IMG/VR virus record: IMGVR_UViG_3300034105_002232
Direction: 5' to 3' (one strand)
DNA: 64,000 nucleotides
DNA from: a virus
The notes beneath the pieces were generated by a model. That model searched no databases. It was not told the origin of the DNA and saw only the letters and a program-made list of their open reading frames with translations. The translations under genes were made by a program, and so were the position numbers. Each line of letters starts with the position of its first letter. Within the stretch, counting starts at the first letter, position 1. Below, piece by piece: positions 46,817 through 55,132 of this stretch.

Positions 46817-47873
46817 CTTGTACTGTATATTTTTCATACTTTGCTTTTTCGTTAAAAATATGTTCTCTATCTTTGTCAACTAGCCTAGCAAAATCATCTA
46901 GACTATATAATAACCCATTGTGTCTAATCTGAGAAGCTCTAAATGTCTGTGGAGTATTAAAAATTTTATTTAGATAACAAATGGTTCTTGCCATGGTACG
47001 TTTATCGCCATCTTTGACATTGGTAGGTCTTTTATGCAACGTTATTTCTTGATCCATGAATACAATTTGGCCATCTTGCCAATTTTGAGTATGCACATAT
47101 TCTTCTTTGTACACAACTTTTTTTAATTCGTCCATTATACGATTACTTTCTGCAATAGACATACCAACGAATCCGTCAAAACTATGACTAGGAATCTTCA
47201 TACCCGATAACCCAGTTGCTGTTTCTCTATACAGCCGAGTCTCCATGCCATCAATAGGAACCATGTTATAATGTATAATCAATGTTTGTACAGGATTCAA
47301 TCCAGGGGCCATCACATGATCAACCCACTTGTGTTTTACAAACAATTCTTTAACTGTGCTGCGCATGTCTGAGCTCAATGATTCATATGCATCGTGTGTG
47401 CATAAAAACTGCGTTTGACTGTTTACAGTATCGCTTATGCTTTTGAGACCAATGATCCGTTGCCCATCATCAAATGCACACTGATCGCTGTGCCAATCCA
47501 ATTCTCCATTTTGGAAGATTCCGGATGGTCTACCCTTGGGGCCTTTTTTATAACTCACCATGCTTACTGCCTTATGCATGTCGTTTCCTGCTGAATTACT
47601 GACGTAACCCAAGTTTACAAGAATTTCTCTCCAATGGCGGCCTTCAATTTTCTTTTCAGTCACATACTCGTGAATTAACGCTCTACTTGGATCACCCCAT
47701 TCTAACATACTTTTATACAACATTTCTGTGGTAATATCTTGTTCAACAACTACTATACACTGTGATGCACACAATTTACCCAATTCTGTAATCTCGTCCG
47801 GCGACGCCCAATCAATATCGTATGCCTCGAGGCCAACACTGGCCCCATAATTTTTCAATGGTCTGGTTTTCAT
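46800..47873 (-). CDS. TauD/TfdA-family 2OG-dependent dioxygenase
   Basis: WHSD, TQF...AY..L, WQDGQIVFMD...LHKR. Confidence 0.85.
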   Translation of the reverse strand: MKTRPLKNYGASVGLEAYDIDWASPDEITELGKLCASQCIVVVEQDITTEMLYKSMLEWGDPSRALIHEYVTEKKIEGRHWREILVNLGYVSNSAGNDMHKAVSMVSYKKGPKGRPSGIFQNGELDWHSDQCAFDDGQRIIGLKSISDTVNSQTQFLCTHDAYESLSSDMRSTVKELFVKHKWVDHVMAPGLNPVQTLIIHYNMVPIDGMETRLYRETATGLSGMKIPSHSFDGFVGMSIAESNRIMDELKKVVYKEEYVHTQNWQDGQIVFMDQEITLHKRPTNVKDGDKRTMARTICYLNKIFNTPQTFRASQIRHNGLLYSLDDFARLVDKDREHIFNEKAKYEKYTVQDEKLS

Positions 47874-47897
47874 TTTTATCCTTTAGTAAATATATTG

Positions 47898-48005
47898 CTA
47901 GTAGAAGTTCTACTCACGGACGGCGTTCCGCATAATCTAATGCGGTAAAGAGGTAGCTCCCCAAGCGTCTAATAGACCGACGTCAACACTATGTTGGCGC
48001 TGCAC
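47898..48005 (-). ncRNA. candidate structured 5' leader / ncRNA
   Basis: Four hairpins in a GC-rich 110-nt gap directly after TATAAATA. Confidence 0.4.
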
Positions 48006-48040
48006 TACTATTTATATTAGCGTAACAGTCCTGTCAACCT

Positions 48041-48604
48041 TTACATTGTAGGACCGTTACCGTTTTTAAATCCTACTTCACCACCTTCTGCAACGATACG
48101 CTTGATCACATCTTCAAACAGCACGGGTGCAAAGTCAGTTTGTTCTACGCAGACGCAATGGTATCTAGTATCAACCGCACCATCTTTCATTACTCTGTTA
48201 CTGTGCAGATGTCCATGTATATTAGTACCAAAACGGCCTAGGCTGTCCGAGTGAATAGGAATATGACTCAGTATCATTCCGTTCATCACGTGGTAGGCAC
48301 GTAATTCTCTAAAGTATTCGCGGTACTCGTCGTCACGGAAGATATCGTGATTACCACGTATCAGCACCTTGTCCCCGTTTAGGCGAGCCAATGTACTCAA
48401 TGCTCTACGATTGATCACAACATCACCCAGGTGATAAACTTTATCGTTGGGCCCAACACGCTCGTTCCAGGCCTTGACCATAAACTCATCCATTTCTTCT
48501 GGATCGTCCCAAGGACGCAGTTTGGTCACACCATCGTTGCGTAGGAATCTACATACGCCAGCATGACCAAAATGCGTGTCACTTACTAAAAATACTGCTG
48601 GCAT
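48041..48604 (-). CDS. calcineurin-like phosphoesterase
   Basis: SDTHFGH, HLGD, GNHD, HGHLH. Confidence 0.88.
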   Translation of the reverse strand: MPAVFLVSDTHFGHAGVCRFLRNDGVTKLRPWDDPEEMDEFMVKAWNERVGPNDKVYHLGDVVINRRALSTLARLNGDKVLIRGNHDIFRDDEYREYFRELRAYHVMNGMILSHIPIHSDSLGRFGTNIHGHLHSNRVMKDGAVDTRYHCVCVEQTDFAPVLFEDVIKRIVAEGGEVGFKNGNGPTM

Positions 48605-48620
48605 ATTCAACTCCTTTCTA

Positions 48621-48857
48621 TTATCCAAATATTGCTTTTATTACACGATAGTTTTTATCAGTGCCACGAACTTCTACCCGAGTCTTGTCAATTTCAGCTA
48701 GTTCTTGTGCTACCCCTTTAGCCCAGGGCAAAGGTAATTCTACTCGTTCATTGTCATGATCGGGATAGCGTAGCGGCATCCACTGTGCATACCCACCAAA
48801 TCCCTCAGCATTAGTTTCTGTTTGGGGATTGGCAAGCCAAATTTCATATAATGCCAT
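48621..48857 (-). CDS. hypothetical protein
   Basis: ORF with RBS. Confidence 0.6.
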   Translation of the reverse strand: MALYEIWLANPQTETNAEGFGGYAQWMPLRYPDHDNERVELPLPWAKGVAQELAEIDKTRVEVRGTDKNYRVIKAIFG

Positions 48858-48870
48858 AATACTTTCCTTT

Positions 48871-49176
48871 CTATGCTGTTATCCAACGTTCTTGTTCTTT
48901 TAAATATATTGATTCATTACCATCGTATTCATCTACACGAAACACAGTTCCCTCTGGTAACCATAGTATGGACAAATCTTTGAGCCCGCCTACGTAGGCA
49001 TCGGGATACTTCAGTGTTACGTAACTTAGAATTTTATCCGTTTCTTCGGCTTCTAGCCACGCCACAATGCTTGGATCAAAAAGCAATTCTTCAATCTGGT
49101 GACAACTATACCATCCGACACCATACTCGGGGCTATAAAGCACTGCCACTTGTCCGTCACGAATTACACGTTCCAT
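48871..49176 (-). CDS. hypothetical phage protein (VAVLYSP.YG.GW...EYDG.E)
   Basis: ORF with AGGAGG RBS. Confidence 0.75.
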   Translation of the reverse strand: MERVIRDGQVAVLYSPEYGVGWYSCHQIEELLFDPSIVAWLEAEETDKILSYVTLKYPDAYVGGLKDLSILWLPEGTVFRVDEYDGNESIYLKEQERWITA

Positions 49177-49199
49177 TATGCCCTCCTTTCTAAATATTT

Positions 49200-49291
49200 T
49201 GGTACCAGCGGAGGGAATCGAACCCTCTCAAGAACGCTAATCTGGCGCTAAAAGGTTTATAAAACCTCTCTGACTACCAAGTCTCGCTGGC
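49200..49291 (-). tRNA. non-canonical tRNA with UAU anticodon, minimal D-arm and long variable arm
   Basis: GCCAGCG/CGCTGGT-A-CCA; GACT-TGGT-AGTC; TTTATAA loop; GAGGG-TTCGATT-CCCTC. Confidence 0.75.
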
Positions 49292-49300
49292 AATTGTTTT

Positions 49301-49374
49301 TGGAGCGGGGTAGGAGAATCGAACTCCTCGCTTTAGCTTGGAAGGCTAAGGTATTACCACTATACGAACCCCGC
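49301..49374 (-). tRNA. tRNA-Gly(UCC)
   Basis: CTTCCAA loop, U73, CCA. Confidence 0.92.
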
Positions 49375-49383
49375 TTTAAAACT

Positions 49384-49458
49384 TGGTACACCGTAGGAGA
49401 ATCGAACTCCTCTTACCTGCGTGAAAGGGATGTGTCCTAACCAATAGACGAACGGTGC
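49384..49458 (-). tRNA. tRNA-Glu(UUC), anticodon stem with two mismatches
   Basis: CATCC-CTTTCAC-GCAGG. Confidence 0.75.
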
Positions 49459-49462
49459 ATAA

Positions 49463-49546
49463 ACCATATTGAAGCACACTTTAGATAAGCCCTATGCGTC
49501 CGACACGAATGCCACGCATCCAAGGCAAAATGTGTTTCAATATGGT
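49463..49546 (-). ncRNA. long hairpin RNA in the Leu-Glu tRNA spacer
   Basis: ACCATATTGAAACACA/TGTGCTTCAATATGGT outer stem, ATGCGT/ACGCAT, GGCA-TTCG-TGTC tip. Confidence 0.55.
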
Positions 49547-49626
49547 GCCTGGGGCGAGACTCGAACTCGCACGTCTCTCGACACTGGCTTCTAAGACCAG
49601 CATGGCTACCATTACATCACCCAGGC
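49543..49626 (-). tRNA. tRNA-Leu(UAG)
   Basis: CTTAGAA loop, variable arm, CCA. Confidence 0.92.
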
Positions 49627-49742
49627 ATTACTTGTTAAATTGTTAAAGAGTACTCATGTCAGCACACTGTTTGGTGCTTGCTGCTTACTGCTTGATTCAA
49701 TACACATATTATAGCAAACTACTGATTTTTGTGTCTACCGTT

Positions 49743-49940
49743 TTATGCAATTTGTTTTTCGTTTGCTTCAATTTCATTTGCAATGGTATTCACTACTACC
49801 ATGACTGCGGTCCAAACTGCTGCCGGGTTGTCGCTTCCGCGGGCTATCTGATCCACGTACTCCATGGCTAGATCAAATGTTGCACGATCAGCAAACATGC
49901 CGTTACGCATGTTTTTGGCCAACTGAAGATTGCTGTTCAT
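49743..49940 (-). CDS. small hypothetical protein
   Basis: AGGAG RBS; sigma70 promoter upstream. Confidence 0.65.
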   Translation of the reverse strand: MNSNLQLAKNMRNGMFADRATFDLAMEYVDQIARGSDNPAAVWTAVMVVVNTIANEIEANEKQIA

Positions 49941-49970
49941 TTAGTTCTCCTTGTTGTTTACTGTACATAC

Positions 49971-49999
49971 ATTATAGCAAAATGGGCTTTTATGAGCAA
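49971..49999 (-). promoter_or_regulatory. sigma70 promoter
   Basis: TTGCTC-17-TATAAT; spacer CCCATTTTGC shared with the promoter at 44115. Confidence 0.65.
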
Positions 50000-50000
50000 C

Positions 50001-50726
50001 CTAAATTTCACGCAAAAAAGTTAACTCTTTTATAATCTTTTCATTAAATCCTGAGGTTAAATCTAAAGCAACATTGGTGGTTATGGTATCAACAACTTTT
50101 TTTGCTAATATTGCATGATTACTACGACGCAAATGGTTAGGTCTTGGGTCAGGCCATCTCTGCTCGTCAAATTGAGTAGCTAGTTCCGTTGTTGCAAATT
50201 CAGCAGCTGATACACTGTCAAGTGATCCGTCAGACATAATTAAATTTGTGTACCTGGCACAATCAATCACAGTGTCCGATACTGCATTAATAATTACGAT
50301 TTTTATTTTTAATTCTGCAGCCAGACTATCAACACTATGTAAAAAATTTACAACATGCAGTTTCATTTTAGTTGTGTGTATATCTGAAAAATTTGTTTGA
50401 TAATATTTTATTGCCAACATCTCGTCTCTAGATATTTTTTTTCTTGACTCGGGCGGTACATAGTTTATTAACTCTGCCGAGGATAACACAGGAAAATCTT
50501 TAAAGAAATATCCTCTTCCTTCGTGGGTCAAACAAACTATAACTAAGTCATGTTTGGTTATATATTTTCTGCATTGTTCAAACTGTTCAAAAGTGTATTC
50601 AAGCCCGGACCCGCCACGACCAAAGTTTCTCTGGTCGTGTCCTAGCGTAGCAGCCACCAAATATGTCCATGACCAATCAACATTATTTGAATTATCTGCA
50701 AAACTGTCGCCAAATATGTAAAGCAT
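50001..50726 (-). CDS. SGNH/GDSL-like hydrolase-fold protein
   Basis: IFGDSF, N.G.GG, NH....H..LA. Confidence 0.65.
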   Translation of the reverse strand: MLYIFGDSFADNSNNVDWSWTYLVAATLGHDQRNFGRGGSGLEYTFEQFEQCRKYITKHDLVIVCLTHEGRGYFFKDFPVLSSAELINYVPPESRKKISRDEMLAIKYYQTNFSDIHTTKMKLHVVNFLHSVDSLAAELKIKIVIINAVSDTVIDCARYTNLIMSDGSLDSVSAAEFATTELATQFDEQRWPDPRPNHLRRSNHAILAKKVVDTITTNVALDLTSGFNEKIIKELTFLREI

Positions 50727-50749
50727 TATATAATTGTTCCTTGCGTAAT

Positions 50750-51493
50750 TTAGTTGTACCTGACTAACAAATGCGAGCAGGTCTCTGTGCTATTAGTTGT
50801 ACTCTGTTGTTTTTCTGTCAGAGAAAACAGCGCTCTTGAGCGACTATTAAAATCCTTAACAGTATCCTCTAGGTAATAAACTGCTAGACTCTTTCTATAT
50901 ACTCCATTGGGCTGAGTTAACGGCCTGCTCAAGCCATGCCATGAATTTTGCGTAGTATCAAAAATTACTGCTCGATTAAACACAGGTGCAATCTCTTTTA
51001 CTAATTCTTCGGGCTGTGTGGACCCACGCCACAACCCTAAATGCCCACCGTGGTGTTCCTTAAGATCTTGCGAAACATATATTACAATATTTAATTTTCT
51101 CTGTTTATGCAACTTTGGGTGCATGGCGTAGTCCAGATGCGCATTTAGCACACCACCAACTCCGTGTATATGGCACCCACCACTGTGCAGCCCAGGATCA
51201 CTATACAGCTGGGTGCCAACTAACTTAGATAACTTGTTCACAAAATCAGGTGAGTTTAAGTAATCAAACAGCTGGTAGGTGTTTTCTTGAAACAAATACC
51301 AATCGTTGTTTTGTTTTTTTACTTGTACTTCATTGTTATAAGTTAACCAATGACTTGAATGATAGTCTAAAAATTCACTTTCAATTACAGCCGCCAGGTT
51401 GTTGGGTAAAAAGCCATCAATAACACAATGATCAAACGGTGCTTGATTTTTATAATGATCAAATGCTTGTGTAAAGTTATCTAGATTAATCAC
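50750..51493 (-). CDS. 2OG-Fe(II) oxygenase (prolyl-hydroxylase-like)
   Basis: PFDH..IDGFL, HLDY, FNRAVIF...SWHG...RKSLA. Confidence 0.88.
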   Translation of the reverse strand: MINLDNFTQAFDHYKNQAPFDHCVIDGFLPNNLAAVIESEFLDYHSSHWLTYNNEVQVKKQNNDWYLFQENTYQLFDYLNSPDFVNKLSKLVGTQLYSDPGLHSGGCHIHGVGGVLNAHLDYAMHPKLHKQRKLNIVIYVSQDLKEHHGGHLGLWRGSTQPEELVKEIAPVFNRAVIFDTTQNSWHGLSRPLTQPNGVYRKSLAVYYLEDTVKDFNSRSRALFSLTEKQQSTTNSTETCSHLLVRYN

Positions 51494-52089
51494 TATTTGA
51501 TAGAACTCCTGTTAACAATAACTTGATCTGCTAGCCCGTAAGCCACTGCTTCTCCGGCACTCATAAAGTTGTCGCGCTCCATGTCTGCATACAGATCTGC
51601 ATACTGCTTGTCTGCACTGTTGTGAGCGACGTAAATTTCAGTTAATGACTTCTTCATGGCCAAAATCTCATTCACTTGGATCAACATGTCTGTGGCCTGC
51701 CCCCTTGCACCGCCACTTGGTTGGTGGATCATGTGTCTGGCATTAGGCAGTATAAATCGCTTGCCCCGAGCACCGGCTTGTGCCAACAACGATCCCATGC
51801 TGCAGGCCTGCCCCATCACAATGGTGTTCACATCAGGTGCCACAAACTGCATGGCATCGTAAATGGCCATTCCAGCAGTTACACTTCCTCCGGGACTGTT
51901 GATCCAAAGATTGATGTCTTTGTCGGGGTTTTCACTTTCCAGAAACAACAACTGTGCCACAATCAGATTGGCCATTTGGTCGTGTACTTCGCCTTCCAGC
52001 AGAATGATACGCTCTCGGAGCAGTCGGCTGTAAATATCATAACTGCGTTCACCTTTGCTGGTGCTTTCGATTACCATTGGAACTAGCAT
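51493..52089 (-). CDS. clpP: ATP-dependent Clp protease proteolytic subunit
   Basis: [19 protein letters not shown] (Ser), MIHQP (His), ATD (Asp). Confidence 0.95.
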   Translation of the reverse strand: MLVPMVIESTSKGERSYDIYSRLLRERIILLEGEVHDQMANLIVAQLLFLESENPDKDINLWINSPGGSVTAGMAIYDAMQFVAPDVNTIVMGQACSMGSLLAQAGARGKRFILPNARHMIHQPSGGARGQATDMLIQVNEILAMKKSLTEIYVAHNSADKQYADLYADMERDNFMSAGEAVAYGLADQVIVNRSSIK

Positions 52090-52327
52090 ACATCTCCTTG
52101 AAAAATACATTATACTACTTAATTGAAATCATTGCAATGGTAGTAGAAATGAAACTTGAACTTGTGATGAATTGGCCACTCTACCAATCAGACCGATCAG
52201 TATTGTTCAATTGAAATAACATTGCATCATCAATAATATTCAACTCAAAACCTTGTCGAAGATCAATTTTTGTTTATAATCGTTAATAAACGTAAATCTA
52301 ACTTCAGTTCATGATGGTAATTTAATA

Positions 52328-52876
52328 CTAATCAACTGCAAATTTTTTACTCAATTCCTCGAATGAAGGGTTACCTTTAAATCTGATAGTAGCTAAAACT
52401 AAATTAGAATCAGTTGAAAAAACACCGTGTGGTATATCTGTTCTGACTACTATAGGAGTAAACACATCAACTTGATAGCAAATACTGTGTTCCGAGTTCC
52501 ATTTTATTTCAAGATATGTCACATCTTTGTCTGTAGCTAGTGTTACTTTGGTCAAGTCAAAATTACCATGTTCCCAATATACAGAATACCCATTTTTGCA
52601 CACCCACGGTAATACCAAAGATCCGTGACACGGACTGTCACTGCTGACAAAGTAATCCACGTGAGAATCTATAGGGGTAGATGGGGGATAGCCAAATACT
52701 AGCACATGTTCTATTAATAGATCGTATTTTTCTAGTTCTTTGTTTATTTCTTTTCTTAAATTATCAATTGGTAGTAATTTTACTGCAGTATTGATTATTT
52801 TATTGTCTATCATTCTTTGCAGTTGATAGGTTACTTGTTCGCTTAACGGATTGTGCGCAATAGATGAGTATTTCAT
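52328..52876 (-). CDS. cupin/oxygenase-like hypothetical (distantly similar to 46238..46816)
   Basis: HVD...P.VVRTDIPH.V...TIRF. Confidence 0.5.
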   Translation of the reverse strand: MKYSSIAHNPLSEQVTYQLQRMIDNKIINTAVKLLPIDNLRKEINKELEKYDLLIEHVLVFGYPPSTPIDSHVDYFVSSDSPCHGSLVLPWVCKNGYSVYWEHGNFDLTKVTLATDKDVTYLEIKWNSEHSICYQVDVFTPIVVRTDIPHGVFSTDSNLVLATIRFKGNPSFEELSKKFAVD

Positions 52877-52929
52877 ATTAGTATTTAAGCACATATTTGT
52901 TAATCCGTTAAAATTAAATAAGTACAGTT

Positions 52930-54030
52930 ATGACAAACTACTGCCCTGAACTTTTCCAAACAATGTATGTGCAAAAACTCAATGAAAACGAAGTTAAGCT
53001 AGGTCATTGCTGTAACTCAGCAAGATCTGATCCAGTCTCAACAGTTGACATGCATCATGAATTCTTAAAGAAAGGAAGAGTGTTCTACTTAGAACACAAC
53101 AAGTTACCACCTGCCTGCAATATCTGCGTTGATTTAGAAAATAAAGGAATTTATACTCTTAGGCTACTTAGTTTAGAAAAAATTACACAAGAAGTAACAG
53201 TACCAAAACTTGAACTGTTGTTTTATAATTGTGATCCTATATGCAATCTAAAATGTATCATGTGCAACAGCGAATGGAGTTCGGCCTGGATCGATGACGA
53301 AATAAAACTTGGTATTCGATCAGATTTAAAAATAAATCGCACAAAAAATAACAATCTGTATCATGACATGGATCTTTCAAATTTGACTGCAATTCATTTT
53401 AATGGCGGCGAACCATTTATGACTCGGGATCATTTAAATTTATTAGCATTTGTCTGTCAAACCAGATCATCAAAAGACATAAGCGTAACCTACAACACCA
53501 ACGCCACGTGGCCAATTACTCAAGAGATAATTGACATGTGGGCCAAGTTTGGTGGAGTTACTGTGTTTTGCAGCATTGATGGTACCCATGAAGTATTTGA
53601 CTATGTTAGATACGGAGATTCTTGGCAAAATGTAGAGGCAAATATTAAAAGCTATCAGAATATAAAACTAGAACATTTTCAAATTGAAATACATGCTGCA
53701 ATAGGATTACATAATATTTTATACATTGATGAACTGTATTCGTGGGCTGATCAAAATAATCTTGAGTTGAAATTAGGATGTGTAACACATCCTTTAGAAA
53801 TTAAAAATTTTCCTTTTGCAGCAAAACAACAATTGATCAGTTACCTACATAGTCTGCCTAGTACAACAAACACACAAATAATTCTTAACGCTGCCAATGC
53901 CATAGACGAAAATTCAGATATTGGTTGGCTTTACTGGATTAAAAATCTTGACCGTATCAGAGGCAACAACTGGAAGCAGAGTCTGCATAAGTTGTACGAG
54001 CTGGATCCAGAATATTTTGATTCTATTTGA
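52930..54030 (+). CDS. radical SAM protein with N-terminal twitch-like domain
   Basis: CNLKCIMC, GGEPF, N-terminal CP..CC..CNIC. Confidence 0.88.
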   Translation: MTNYCPELFQTMYVQKLNENEVKLGHCCNSARSDPVSTVDMHHEFLKKGRVFYLEHNKLPPACNICVDLENKGIYTLRLLSLEKITQEVTVPKLELLFYNCDPICNLKCIMCNSEWSSAWIDDEIKLGIRSDLKINRTKNNNLYHDMDLSNLTAIHFNGGEPFMTRDHLNLLAFVCQTRSSKDISVTYNTNATWPITQEIIDMWAKFGGVTVFCSIDGTHEVFDYVRYGDSWQNVEANIKSYQNIKLEHFQIEIHAAIGLHNILYIDELYSWADQNNLELKLGCVTHPLEIKNFPFAAKQQLISYLHSLPSTTNTQIILNAANAIDENSDIGWLYWIKNLDRIRGNNWKQSLHKLYELDPEYFDSI

Positions 54031-54040
54031 AGCTCAAATC

Positions 54041-54124
54041 TGGTAGTAGACCAGGGATGAGGACCTCATCCTGCACCGGTCTCCGGGAATTATAAGGCCC
54101 CGCCGCATACCAATGCTGTCTACC
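54041..54124 (-). ncRNA. tRNA-like RNA (UAU loop, minimal D-arm, aberrant T-arm, encoded CCA)
   Basis: GGTAGAC/GTCTACT-A-CCA; GCAT-TGGT-ATGC; CTTATAA loop; T-arm replaced by a CAGGATGAG-GTC-CTCATCCCTG hairpin. Confidence 0.6.
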
Positions 54125-54154
54125 AATTTTGTAACACCTGCTGAAACTAGAGAC

Positions 54155-54179
54155 AAAAAGAAAGCCCTACAAGAGGGCT
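54155..54179 (-). terminator. intrinsic terminator after pqqA
   Basis: AGCCCT/AGGGCT stem followed by TTCTTTTT. Confidence 0.7.
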
Positions 54180-54199
54180 AACTTTTAGTTCTTTGTATA

Positions 54200-54274
54200 T
54201 TAGCGATTAGCAATGTACATTGTAATTTCAAAACCAAAACGTAAATCAATTGCTGCTGGTGTGGTCCATGCCAT
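54200..54274 (-). CDS. pqqA: pyrroloquinoline quinone precursor peptide PqqA ([24 protein letters not shown]), not in ORF track
   Basis: W..P...DLRFGFE-xxx-Y-xxNR signature; AGGAGA RBS 6 nt upstream; own terminator. Confidence 0.93.
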   Translation of the reverse strand: MAWTTPAAIDLRFGFEITMYIANR

Positions 54275-54398
54275 TTTAAATCTCCTTGTAAGTTTACATA
54301 CTGCATTAGTATGTATGATTATAATACACTAAAATACCGTATAATAACATCCTGGCGATCATGATTTTGCACTACGTCAATTCATTAGACAGCGCGAA

Positions 54399-55037
54399 CT
54401 ATTTCTGCATTAATTTGTCAACAAATTCAAGCAGCAGGTGATGCTGACCACCTGTCCATTTGTTTTGCATCCAGGAATAGCTGTTGTACCAGTGGCGATC
54501 TGCTTCGGGATGGCATCCAATCAAGCCTACACGATCTTGCATGACAGCCATTGGTGCTCCGTTGGGGTAACTGGCCACTGTGTCGTACTGGCCATCACCC
54601 ATATAGGTGCAACCATCGTAAAAGTACATGTGGGTTGGGTGGTTGTTCCAGGTCACTGGCATATGTTTGGCATGCGGTCTATGCGTGTCTGTGCCAGGGC
54701 TTCGAATGTACTGTATTGCTCTAACACGGTCAAGCAAGCCAAAGTAATTGGTATCGGCCCAATATGCCCCCATGCAAATGCCAAGATACCTACCACCGTT
54801 GGCTACAAAATTACGTATACGTTGCCCATTAACTTGCATCAATTGATCAAATGAATCTGAGTCACCAAAGCCGCCGGGGACGCAGACCAGATCTACGTCA
54901 TCAAAGAAATCGTTTTCTAATTCATGTCGGGTAAAAATTTTAAAATCGTAGTGTGCGCTCAAGGCTCGGATTATGCCATTGCCGCTTTGCACTGAACATT
55001 TGGGTTGATGCAAGAACAGTGCTATCTTGGGTTTCAT
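54399..55037 (-). CDS. GATase-like protein (BPL_N family)
   Basis: VPGG, GGRYLGICMGAY, GCHPE. Confidence 0.8.
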   Translation of the reverse strand: MKPKIALFLHQPKCSVQSGNGIIRALSAHYDFKIFTRHELENDFFDDVDLVCVPGGFGDSDSFDQLMQVNGQRIRNFVANGGRYLGICMGAYWADTNYFGLLDRVRAIQYIRSPGTDTHRPHAKHMPVTWNNHPTHMYFYDGCTYMGDGQYDTVASYPNGAPMAVMQDRVGLIGCHPEADRHWYNSYSWMQNKWTGGQHHLLLEFVDKLMQK

Positions 55038-55052
55038 TTATGTACTTATGTC

Positions 55053-55076
55053 AAAACAAAGCCCCTAAGGGCTTTT
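55053..55076 (-). terminator. intrinsic terminator after the plcP-GT unit
   Basis: AAAGCCC/GGGCTTT stem plus GTTTT. Confidence 0.7.
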
Positions 55077-55132
55077 GTATGGTAACTGGTTACGAGTTCC
55101 AGCGGTGCTCTATCGTTGCACCCGATTTAAAC

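Noticed and set aside
49200-49291. tRNA-Sec or tRNA-Pyl assignment
   Set aside because: The anticodon is UAU and the acceptor/T stems are 7/5; only the small D-loop and long arm are reminiscent.
49543-49626. Possible suppressor tRNA or stop-codon recoding (anticodons TAG, TAA, TGA seen)
   Set aside because: These anticodons read Leu CUA, Leu UUA and Ser UCA; genes translate intact in code 11 and all three stop codons are used.
52140-52325. Possible gene remnant upstream of clpP
   Set aside because: The frames I translated are interrupted by stops and show no recognisable motif, so a pseudogene call is not supportable.
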